A stretch of 34,889 bases of DNA from Chiloscyllium plagiosum (Eukaryota): assembly GCF_004010195.1 (NCBI RefSeq), contig NC_057718.1:33026184-33061072 (forward strand), read 5' to 3'. Below the pieces are notes generated by a model that was given only the letters and a program-made list of their open reading frames with translations, had not been told where the DNA came from and did no database searches. Position numbers and translations under genes: made by a program. Positions 24,295-34,692 of this stretch are shown one piece after another; position 1 is the first letter of the stretch; the number at the start of each line of letters is the position of its first letter.

Positions 24295-24690
24295 AAATTA
24301 TTCTCAAGTCACATCAGTGCTTTGACCCAATAGGCTCCACAAGTTTATCCAAACTCTTTCAATGTGATTATAAAACAATGACCTATCATTGTACCTCTTT
24401 CTCCACGACATCAAAAATCTCTTTCTGTTCATCATCTTCCCCTTCTTTCAGGAAGGCTGACGTAAAGTACATGCTTTAGGAGCAATGTGATGGTTAGATT
24501 TGAATACGGAAAAGATCATTGGAAGCAAATAGTCTTCACATTGATTCTATGAGGTTTATTTGGATGTTCTGCTGAAATTGCAGCAGTTATGTGAGAGAAG
24601 CCCCACATTAACCATCCATCTTTTTCCCCAACCAGGGCAAAAATAGTGTTTAAGAATAATTAGTTTACAGCTGGGCTACTATAGAGTTAT

Positions 24691-24894
24691 GGGGAAAGTG
24701 AGGTCTGCAGATGCTTGAGATCAGAGTGGAGTGTGTGTTGCTGGAAAAGCACAGCAGGTCAGGCAGCAGCTGAGGAGCAAGGGAATCGATGTTTCAGGCG
24801 AGAGTTTCCTGATGAATGGCTCTGGCCCGAAACGTTGATTCTCCTCCTCCTCGGATGCTGACTGACCTGTTGTGCATTTCCAACAACACACTCT
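24691..24894. mobile_element. Short fold-back Penelope-derived element, family P1
   Basis: 15 bp TSD CTA(C/A)TATAGAGTTAT at 24676-24690 and 24895-24909; inverted arms; core CTGATGA ATGGCTCTGGCCC GAAACGTT at 24809-24836. Confidence 0.85.
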
Positions 24895-25198
24895 CTAATA
24901 TAGAGTTATTTCAGAGCCACGCCTTCACACCAAGGTAGTGAAAATCCCAGCCAATTTCAAATTTCAAATTTGAGATTGATAGATTACTATAGGATGTCAT
25001 ACTATTCAGGGGCATCTTTTGGCCCTTGGGTGGGCAGGCTGATTACAAAACCTTCCACTCTAGAGTTACCAGAAGGAGGTGAGTTGAATTGAATTGAATT
25101 GAATTGAATTTATTGTCACGTGTACCGAGGCACAGTCAAAAGCTTTGTCTTGCGATCAATACAGGCAGATCACATAGTTAAGTAGCATAAATAGTAAA

Positions 25199-25393
25199 AA
25201 GTTAGAAATCACTCAACCCCAGGTTATAGCCCAACCTGAGCGCTAGCTTTCGGAGTGCCGCTCCTTCATCAGGTGGTTGAGGAGCAGTGCTCCAAAAGTT
25301 AGTGCTTCAATTAAACCTGTTGGACTATAACCTGGTGCTGTGTGACTTTTAACTTTGTACACCCCAGTCCAACACCGGCATCTCCAAATCATT
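25199..25393. mobile_element. Short fold-back Penelope-derived element, family P2, inserted in the Rex1 3'UTR
   Basis: TSD AATAGTAAA at 25190-25198 and 25394-25402; inverted arms CCAGGTTATAG.CCAAC / GTTGGACTATAACCTGG; near-identical end to 27960-28046. Confidence 0.82.
25241..25275 (-). ncRNA. Minimal type I hammerhead ribozyme motif (family P2, intact core)
   Basis: Reverse complement CAC-CUGAUGA-A-GGAG CGGCA CUCC-GAAA-GC-UA^GCG: 4 bp helix II, palindromic AGCU helix III, CUA triplet. Confidence 0.65.
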
Positions 25394-27028
25394 AATAGTA
25401 AATAATAGGTAAACAGCAGCAAAAACAAAACCACAGGTACAGGCAAATGTTAAGAGTTTGTGAGTCCATTCAGTATTCTAACAATAGTAGGGTAGAAACT
25501 GTTGCGAAACCGGCTGGTGCATGTGTCCAGGCTTCTGTATCTTCTCCCTGATGGTAGTGGTTGTACAAAAACATTGCCAGGGTGGGATGGATCTTTAAGA
25601 ATGCTGGTGACCTTTCCTTGACTGTAGGCCTGGTAGATGGACTCTATAGATGGGAGGTTGGCCTTTGTGATTATCCAGGTCGCGTTCACCACTCTCTGTA
25701 ACCGTTTCCAATCTTGAATGGTACAGTTGCCATACCAGGTAGTGATACATCCAAACAGAATACTCTCGATGGCGCACCTATAAAAGTTGGCAAGAGTATT
25801 CGCCATCGTGCCAAATTTCCTCAGCTGCCTGAGGAAAAGGAGACATCGTTGGGCCTTTGTAACCAGTGCGTCCACATGAAGAGTCCAAGAAAGCTTGTTG
25901 TGGATGACCACTCCCAGGAGCTTGACACTCTCCACTCATTCCACCTCTGTGCCGTTAACGTGGAGGGGGGCATGAGTAACCTCCTGCAGAAAGTCAATAA
26001 TGAGTTCCTTGGTTTTGCCAGCATTGAGAACTAGGTTGTGCTCAGTGCACCATTTTTCCAGGTCTTCCACCTCCCATCTGTAGTCTGTTTCGTCATCATC
26101 TGAGATTCAACTGACAATGATGGTGTCGTCAGCGAACTTGTGAATGGCATTAGTCTGATATTTAATGACGCAGTCATGGGTATACAGTGAGTACAGTAGG
26201 GCCCTGAGTACGCACCCCTGAGGGGTCCAGTGTTGGGTGTTAGTGAGGATGAAATATTGTCCCCAATCTTCACTGATTGTGGCCTGTGGGTCAGGAAACT
26301 GAGGATCCAGTTGCAAAGAGTGGGGCTTAGTCCGAGATCATTAAGTTTAGTAATCAGTCTCCTGATCAGGTGGGAAGGTAAGTGGGATCTTCACAACTGT
26401 CCAATCGTGTGTAATCCATGTAACCTCATTCCCTCCAATCTCGATTTTCAACACATCTCAGGGTAAACAGTGCCTTCTGTCCATAGAGCCCATTACATGT
26501 TCAGGTGCATTAGAGGGTCCTCTTCTGAGGTCGATACTAAGGAACGTTGTTGAGCGTTAAAAGAGGAAAAACTATGCCAATTGAATATTGAAACACAGTT
26601 TATTCAATAACAATGAGCAAATTGATTATTGTAATTTTAATATTGAACAATGACAAAAATAACATAACACCCCTTCAATATGCCAGAGGTTTGGGGAGGA
26701 AAAGTGTAATCACCTTATAAGGAAGTTTATGGCATGTGTTCATTAACCAAAATTTATGATTTCACTTTCATCAAATGTGATGATTTTTAAATGAAAAGCA
26801 CACTGATCATTAATTTCTAAAACATCAAATGGATATAGAGGCACTCAAAGCAACATCAATTATATTATAAGGGCTTTAAGGACGAACTCCTATGGTAGTG
26901 ACTTGCTGGGCACTATAATAGCCAAAGCAGAAAGAGTAGGCATTAAATAGTAGAAAAAGAAGACATTAGCCCAAATGTTCACGGAAAAGAATCTTACTTT
27001 CAGGTAACCATCTGTATATGGTATGTAA

Positions 27029-27320
27029 TGTGTTATGCCTCACAGCTAGTATATAACATACTTTCCAGGGATATGGTCATGATATCATTGCGTTATGGTA
27101 CGTGACTTGATGATGTAAAGGTCACATTCTCCATCTGACTGCAGCTAATTGTAGCATGTCATTTTGAGGGAAATGTGCTGCATTTTGTAACCAAATTGTG
27201 CAATACTAGCCCAGACATGGCAGGGGCTATGATTGTAATAATTGTGGATACCGGGAACTGTAATAAAAGTTTATTGAATCGTCTAGTACTTGATTAACAA
27301 CATCTAGTTCTTATATCACA
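27029..27320 (+). mobile_element. LTR-like repeat, copy 1
   Basis: TG...CA ends, AATAAA at 27262, collinear with 33149-33408. Confidence 0.55.
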
Positions 27321-27833
27321 TATAAGCTAACATAATTGTCACCAAATTTTACACAAATCCCCTGCTGATGGTAAAATGCTTACTGCATCTGCAGCAAATT
27401 GTGAGGCCTGAGTGTATCACAGGTAAGCACTTGCATATAGTATGTACATGTGTTTTCTGTGCACACATAACACCTTCTAACATTTTCAGTGATGCTACAT
27501 GAGCTGATAGGGGTAAATGTAAGAACTACGGAAATAAATTCAGTAATATGGTATACCTATATCAGACCTTTTTAAAATCAAAGTGTCATAAATGAAAAGC
27601 AAATCCCTGTCCAGTCTTGTTTTCTATTTTTTTGCCTTACCATGAAACAATGCAATAAACAATTTTACATTGAAGGATGTAAATAGTACTTTCCATTGGG
27701 GAGATGCAGAAGTTACAATTAACCGCTCATACATTGAGCTTTAACAGACTTCTTGTGTGGGTATGAACTCGTTAGATCAAAAGGTCTGTCTTGTCTCGTG
27801 TACTCCTTACATATGTTTACCAATAGATTATGT

Positions 27834-28046
27834 TAAAAATCACACAGCACCAGATTATAGTCCAACAAGTTTAATTGGAAGCACTAGTTTTCAGAGCGAT
27901 GCACCTTCATCGGGTGGTTGTGACCACCTGGTGAAGGAGCAGCACTCCAAAAGCTAGTGTGCTTCCAATTAAACTTGTTGGACTATGACCTGGTGTTGTG
28001 TGATTTTTAACTTTGTACACCCAGTCCAACACCGGCATCTCCAAAT
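27834..28046. mobile_element. Short fold-back Penelope-derived element, family P2, with two inverted mutated ribozyme cores
   Basis: 13 bp TSD CAATAGATTA(T/C)GT at 27821-27833 and 28047-28059. Almost the whole element is a palindrome centred near 27920. CACCTGGTGAAGGAGCAGCACTCCAAAAGCTAGTG at 27925-27959. Confidence 0.85.
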
Positions 28047-28184
28047 CAATAGATTACGTGCCACCAAGAATCTTTTGGGGGTCCCAACTGAATCATTGTC
28101 ATGATGTCAAGTGAGGTCATGGAGCTCAAATTAAAAGTCTAAGTCACCAGGGATGCTTTTTAACTCATGCTGCTTAACAAACTG

Positions 28185-28498
28185 AACTAGAGGGCAATAG
28201 ATTGAAAATAAAGCGTCTCCTATGAAGACAGAGAAGATCAGGAATTTCTTCTCTTCAAGGGTTATCAATGACAGAAATTTCCTTCCCCATTGACCAGTGG
28301 AGGCTGGGTCTTCTAATACGTTCATAGTTAAGATAGACAACCTTTTGAGCAACAAGGGAGTCAACAGTTTGGAGACAGGTAGGAAATTGGAGGAAGAAAA
28401 GCATGACTACAAATAAATCAGCCATTACCTTATTGAATGACAGAACAGACGGGGGAGGCTAAATGGCCTTTGCTCCTGTTTCATATGTTTCTATGTTA
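28185..28498 (+). mobile_element. Old degenerate CR1 3' end
   Basis: ACTAGAGGGCA...AGGAATTTCTTCTC..AGGGTT...GTGGAGGCT; tail CATATGTTTCTATGTT. Confidence 0.65.
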
Positions 28499-28707
28499 CC
28501 ATCTTCGGATGTATCTGCAAAACATGAAAGGTTATCCTACACATTAGTGCATAAGTTAAAAGAGCCTTCGTACTTCCAATGCCTTGACTGGTAATACTAA
28601 TTGTCAATTGAAATTTTTGAGGTATTTGCACTTAATCTCTCATGTAATTGCTCTTTGGTAAAATCTGAATTCACCAGCATGTCGAATCACTACTACTCAT
28701 CAGCTAA

Positions 28708-28901
28708 GAGAAAGTGAGGACTGCAGATGCTGGAGATCAGAGCTGAAAAATGTGTCGCTGGAAAAGCGCAGCAGGTCAGGCAGCATCCAAGGAGCAGGAG
28801 AATCAGGAATCCTGAAGAAGGGCTTATGCCTGAAACGTCGATTCTCCTGCTCCTTGGATGCTGCCTGACCTGCTGCGCTTTTCCAGCAACACATTTTTCA
28901 G
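28708..28901. mobile_element. Short fold-back Penelope-derived element, family P1, best-preserved copy
   Basis: Perfect 15 bp TSD CTACTCATCAGCTAA at 28693-28707 and 28902-28916; 64 bp inverted arms 28741-28804 and 28840-28903 with one mismatch. Confidence 0.9.
28806..28845 (+). ncRNA. Minimal type I hammerhead ribozyme motif in the loop of the fold-back
   Basis: GGAAUC-CUGAAGA-A-GGGC UUAU GCCU-GAAA-CG-UC^GAUUCU; helix I GGAAUC/GAUUCU (5 Watson-Crick pairs plus one GU). Confidence 0.68.
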
Positions 28902-29231
28902 CTACTCATCAGCTAAACTTTCCTGATGCCAGAAAATCTGCTCAGTCCTGATTTCTTGTTGGTGGTAATTTGGATTATATTTGAGTTTCTATCAGAAAGA
29001 CACCCGTTTCCAGAAAATGTTCTTGACATTTTAATTACAAAAGACATGTGGCTGGCATGGATTGCACTGAAAGCCATTTTCATGTCACTTTTTCTGTGTA
29101 AATTCAATATTAGCAAAATGACATTTAGCTTTTGTGACTCTTCTGTCTCTCCAACAAGAAATATTTTTTTCTGATTGTGTGAAAAGTTTATCCTTTGAAT
29201 TGCCACTGTAATAATATACTAAAGGAATCCA

Positions 29232-29250
29232 CTACTGCCATCTGGTGCTC
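29232..29250 (-). promoter_or_regulatory. Candidate CTCF binding site
   Basis: Reverse complement GAGCACCAGATGGCAGTAG versus consensus CCASYAGRKGGCRS: one mismatch, in non-repeat sequence. Confidence 0.45.
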
Positions 29251-30894
29251 AACTGAAGTTTTATGATTAAAGACAAGAAATAGAAGCGAAGAGGAAACAA
29301 GTGGAACAATAATGTAGGAGGAAGTCCCGAGTAAGAAAAAAATTCCTTCACCAACATCCTTTCTGTAATTATGCTTTTATTGGTCTCAGAATTTGAAAGA
29401 TCGATTTAAGTTTATTTTGCTTTTGTTTTCTGATGAAAACTCACAAAGTGTAATTTCATGGAGGGCACAAAATGGGAGGCAGAGCAAGATAGAGTTGGAG
29501 TAGTTATCTTAACAGATAACAATTTGGAGTAGAAGATGAGCAGTGGCAAGGATAGAGAGAAGTGTATTCCTTTTTATCTGAGGAATGATAAATGCACACC
29601 ATAGCAGATTCATAGTTTCTCCATAAAACAAATGATTAAAAATGTCTTACTGTGTAAGTTCATAAATAGAATGTACTCCCTCAGGTTGAAGAAATCCCTT
29701 TACTCCAACCACTCTAGGTGTAGTGGCAGACATTTTCCATTTCAATTGCATATTTGTGATTTGGTGAGGATGGGAGGCATCACAGAGTGCGTTGCACCCT
29801 CAACTTGTCAATCTATGTGAATCCCTAACCCTTCATGTTCCTTTCTGCTTTGTAATCCATCAACCCTGTCAGATTTGAGGCTACCACCCAACTCTTTTAT
29901 TTAATTCTTCATCCCCCTGTTTTACACCTGATGTCCAGGCTCATAGCTTTGTTTTATCACTAGCCTCGATCAAAACAAGGGTGACAGTGATTGTCTATCA
30001 CTCCTGTTCCCACTCTACCCTGTTCCTTCCCAATCATTTCCCACCCCTATATGTTGCTTTGTCACTCTTCATAATTATTGTCCCCTCTGCACTTCAACAT
30101 TATGCCCTTAATCCTCACAATTGACTTCTCCACTGCCCACCGTGGGCCTTGAAAACAAGCCTTGACTTGCAGCGATTGGACCCCCAGGATTGGCAGTGAC
30201 CCACTCCATTGATTGATATGGAACAAAGGCCCAACTGATGATTGCCAGGAGATTTGTCTGATAGGTGTGCATCTCTTCAATTGGCTAAATCCAGATAGGT
30301 TGTACATTTTTCCAATTGTCTCTGACAAATCTGCATGCTGTTCTTGTGACTGTTTGTGCATTTGAACTAAGTTATAAATGGCTAAAATCAAAAGGTCCTT
30401 TCCTACATGATGCTGGGAAGGTGCCTGGTAATCTGACAATCCTCTCAGTGTTGACCGGCTGTGGAGATGTACAGTGATGTGCTCATCAGAACATGCTCCT
30501 GACTCTAATGTGTCCACTGAGGTGTATTTGGTGGAGGGTGTGCAGCATAGTACCAATCTGGTGATTCCTCTGAGAGATTGGTGTTGTCTTCCTCAGATGT
30601 GGAGAAGCAGATAATGTCTGGTGGCGTATTGAGGGCAGAGGTGTATGAATGCCACTCATGCCAGCAGGTGACAAGAGAGGGAATGATTTGCACAATAGAA
30701 GTGGAAGTTTGGGCATCTTAAGAATGCATTAACGGAGGTGGTAATGGGTGAGTAACACAGCACTTGACATTAAAATGTAATTGGGAGGTCTCAGCATCAC
30801 CACATTAAGAGTTTCTATCCTCTTCCTCATAGGTGGTGGTCAAACGAATGTGAGGCCATTGTCTCTACCACCCATCTTAACCGTCTCCCTCTGA

Positions 30895-31030
30895 ATAAAA
30901 GCAAAATACTGTGGATGCTGGAAATCAGAAACAATCATAGAGAATGCTGGAGAAACTCAGCAGGTCTGGCAGCATCTGTGGAGAGAGAAACAGAGTTAAT
31001 ATTTAGAGTCTGGTATGACCTTTCTTTGGG
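30895..31030 (-). repeat. Penelope pseudo-LTR fragment (older family)
   Basis: AAAATACTGTGGATGCTGGAAATC...AACTCAGCAGGTCTGGCAGCATCTGTGGAGAGAG is homologous to 22005-22090. Confidence 0.7.
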
Positions 31031-31039
31031 AAGTGTGCA

Positions 31040-31600
31040 AGTGAATTGATGTATTCATGTGTCTTAGCCTGGGTTTAAGTGCTGATTTGTTGTGAAGGTC
31101 ACCACCCACTAGTTGCCCCCACATTGCAGGTAAAATGGACTCCCTTGCTCTGAAGTGCTAGATGGCAATGAGCCAGCCAGCCAGTCAGAAGGAGAGAACA
31201 AAAGGATTTCAACTAACTGCTAAAGTCAAGAATCCCAACAAAATTAATGGTTCAACTATCAGTATTCCTCTATCTACACTTTATGAATATCCCAGAGAGA
31301 CTGATTGATACACCTTTTATCTTTAATCTTTTTTGGGTCACTTCTTATTCCTAATCTCTCTGCATGTGTGTTGCCTTGTTATTTATTTTTGCATTTAGCA
31401 ACTGATTAACTCATCAAAACCTGGTTAAATTGGCTTCTTTTACTTGGCCTGGGAGAAAGACCTCCACAAGGAAACTGACCTGGGGTGGGGGAATGATGAA
31501 GAGGGTCAGTATATCTCTCCTCACCTGGGATCTGACTGTTTTGAGGTATCCATTTGGAAACATGATAACTGGGGGAACCTCACTCCAAACCTAGTCATAA
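31040..31600 (+). repeat. Possible decayed retroviral-type LTR
   Basis: Composition and terminal CTCCTCACCTGG.../GTCATAATA motifs only; no TSD, PBS or ORF. Confidence 0.25.
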
Positions 31601-31785
31601 TACATGACACGAGTCCTTAGCCTTGTTGAATAATTGTTGTAGGATTTTTTTCTCCTACTATCCTCATAATGCTTTACAGGAGTGTCCTTGACAAGAAATT
31701 CAATTTGAATAATTTGACAAACAAACTATTCATGTCGGTGCCTCTCCACAGTGCTGCATGCCATTAAGGTCAGTTGTGTTTTCTA

Positions 31786-31909
31786 GATTAGAGTGGTGCT
31801 GGAAAAGCACAGCAGTTCAGGCAGCATCCGAGGAGCAGGCTGTGCTTTTCCAGTGCCACTCTAATCCAGAATCTGGTTTCCAGCATCTGCAGTCATTGTT
31901 TTTATCTAA
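31786..31909. mobile_element. Short fold-back Penelope-derived element, P1-related, ribozyme core absent
   Basis: TSD TTGTGTTTTCTA at 31774-31785 and 31910-31921; arms GATTAGAGTGGTGCTGGAAAAGCACAGC / GCTGTGCTTTTCCAGTGCCACTCTAATC. Confidence 0.82.
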
Positions 31910-33148
31910 TTGTGTTTTCTACAATTGTGCCAGCATAATTCCTCATGATCACAGCAGTGACATTTGAACTATTGCAACATGAAATAATTGGTTTATTTCT
32001 CTTGCCACATATAATCCTAAAAACTTTAATATCATTACTATATCTTTAATTAAATAATTCAGCAAAAAAAATTAGTCCTTAAAAATTGTGAGTAGCAATT
32101 TATATAGAAGGACAAAAAAAAGTTTTAGGAAGGTGGGAAAGTACAGCTGAAGAGATTTTAATTAAGGTTTTGAAGGCAGCAAGGGAGATGAGAAGCATGA
32201 GGGAGAGGGTGCAATTGAAAAGGATAAGAGTCATAGTGATTGAAGAAGTGGCCTCTTTACAGTAGAGAGGAAAAACAATACAGGCCAATTTTACAGTAAT
32301 TGTACATTTCTATAACAATGTAATTATTGGTATTAGCCCACTTGCTTGAGGGTGGGAGCAAGGCCTTTCAATGCAGAAAAAGATACTTCACCTGGATCAT
32401 CCTTCAATTAAGACCATGCACACTTCCGGCTGCATTCTCTTGGACTGGCCTGAAGCATAAAATGTTTTCTAGACCATACCATGTTCCATGGCCTCATCAC
32501 AAGACAAGGTATGCTTTATTTATTCTTGATAGGAATGAATTGCACAGTGGGCCTGAATATAGGCCACATGCTGTTGTAGTCAAAATAACCTCCTTTCAAA
32601 CCATTGAATTTGTTCGATTATTCTCAATTTTCTATATGATTTTGCTTTTTATTAGATATACAACACAAGTGCTATTCAGAACACTGAAAATATGAACATG
32701 CAAAGAGAATACTATTGGACAGAGTCAAGAGGGCAGCTTGTTGGTGAATCAGTTGTTCCGAGTAATGTTCTTGTTATTACCACCATCACTCAGAACAACA
32801 TTCTAGTGGAATGATATGACTAAAACCCATACTTGTCACCTATTGTTATCTTGGCAATGCAGTACATTGTGTACTTAACCTCAAAGAGCTAAGTCACTAT
32901 GATTTTCCATTTGCACAATGCCACCTTTTCCAACTTTCATGCAGATGAGTCCTTGCAACATTTGAGGTTTGACCCAACTCTACAAAATACTTTCCTCAGA
33001 TTTTAAGGACGTTCTCACATTTAATGAAGAAAATTGGACTTCTCAATCATTGGCACTAGGCTAGATGAACTTTTTTGGTAATGCACTTTCAGTCAAATGA
33101 ATGAAGGATAATTTTTCTGTTCTTCTGTGTCTGCTTACCTCAATATTG

Positions 33149-33413
33149 TGTGTTATGTCTCCCAGCTAGTATGCAGACCACTGTTAAGAAAGATGTTCAT
33201 GTTTTCATTATCTCAAACACGTGACCTAAACATATGAAGATCATGTACTCCATCTTAACTTGGTCTACTTGAAGCATGACACCTGATGGAGATGTGTTTA
33301 TAATGAATAGCCCAGACACTGATGTGCTGGTGACTGTAGCAGAAGCTGCAATAAACATTTATTGAGTTGTTTAGTATTACATTACCCATGTTTAATTCTT
33401 ATGTTACATGACA
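33149..33413 (+). mobile_element. LTR-like repeat, copy 2
   Basis: TG...CA ends, AATAAA at 33350, collinear with 27029-27320. Confidence 0.55.
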
Positions 33414-34589
33414 GCAGGTTTAAATACCATGCTGGAGGCAAAAGTGCATAGCATGGTGGCAACTCAAACCCAGTGAAGTCTCACATCTCTCCTGTGACTG
33501 TCTTGGCCTCACAAAACATGACATCCTGCACATATCTTTGCAGCAGTTGTCAATCAATTTGAAGATGTTTTATTTGACCATTTCTAACAGGATAAAGTCA
33601 ACTTTGTAATTTTGTAAAAGACTTTGGCCAGAGAGGGAAGAAGGAAACAATGGATTCATCAGCCACCATCATCACATCTATCATCATTAAATAGACCTGA
33701 TCTTAGGTTCCATTGATCAGAGTACACTTCTTGTAAAGCAATGGCTTGTAATGGTTGCTTAGAATACAGTAGCCAATGTATTCTCAAGTACAATGTAAAG
33801 AGATAAAAGAGGCCTACAAGATCAATCTGCTCATTTGCATTCTTATACGGAAAGCACCTATCCTCCATTCTTTACCTCCCCATTAGGAAGAAGATAGGAA
33901 AGGACAAGTTCAATTTGCATCCCAGAGCTACAGGAGGCAGCCATTTTTCTCTTCTGTCTCCCAATATGACTTGTTGCTACAGCCACTTTGCCCTCTGACA
34001 GGGCAGACGTGGATTCTGCACTTATCCCACACTTTCTCGACACCTATAGGTTGAATGTAGGCAGTAAATTATATTTCTAGCTTCTTCCACAGAGTGGTGC
34101 CCTGGATCTGTGAAGTGCACTGCCGAGCTATTTAACTGAGAGCAATGAAAATTCCCTGTGCAAATGCTTTCATGTATCAGGCCTCACAGGTCTCTGTTCA
34201 CAATAATGGGAAGAGACAGAAAATATGTCATCAGAAATATTGTGCACAGTGGGTTAAGGCAGTACTTTCAGATCGTGAGACTCATAATTAATCAGGATAG
34301 GAGTGAATTATGATGGTCTTTCATACAAGTGACAGAACACTCAAATCTCGCTCTCATCGGTAAAGCTGTCTATTCACAGTCTACTTCTCCTTGTCAAATC
34401 TTTAAATTAATTCTAGAGTGCTGTCTACTGTGAACTAAAATGTTATGGCAAAAATATGGATGCATTTGCCAGAGTGAACATGCTAGACTGCAAAATTCCG
34501 ACATTGTGAAGCCACAATGTTAAGAGAGAAAATACTGTCCTTTGTATGATTATAGGTTAGTATTGACTTTATTTTCTCTTTATTTGATT

Positions 34590-34692
34590 ATGAGATGTGG
34601 GCATTGCTGGGTTGGCCAGCAATTATTACCCAGCCCTAATTGCTGAGAGGGCAGTTAAGACTCAATTACCTTGCTATGGGTCTCGAGTAATG
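34590..34692 (-). mobile_element. 3' part of a DeuSINE-like SINE (same family as 12205), interrupted by a PLE
   Basis: GATGTGGGCATTGCTGG...CCCTAATTGC..GAGGGCAGTTAAGA matches 12210-12310. Confidence 0.7.

Larger units (their letters stand above)
25084..26360 (-). mobile_element. 5'-truncated Rex1/Babar-clade LINE with (TTCAA)n tail
   Basis: PQGCVLRALLYSLYTHDC...HKFADD (RT); KAQRCLLFLRQLRKFG...NFYRCAIESIL..CITTWYGNC and LPSGRRYRS..RFRNSFYP (Rex1-type C-terminus); TTGAA x5 at 25084-25110. Confidence 0.88.

Noticed and set aside
5455..31921. Fold-back elements as MITEs or a CRISPR-like array
   Set aside because: Arms are asymmetric, TSDs are long and variable, copies are dispersed, and P1 matches a PLE terminal repeat.
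32327..32695. 122 aa ORF with a possible splice donor near 32509
   Set aside because: No recognisable domain, non-ATG start and no partner exons.
14656..34275. CACAGTG heptamers (~14657, 31747, 32543, 34245) as V(D)J recombination signals
   Set aside because: None has a nonamer at 12 or 23 bp spacing, and no Ig/TCR segments are visible.
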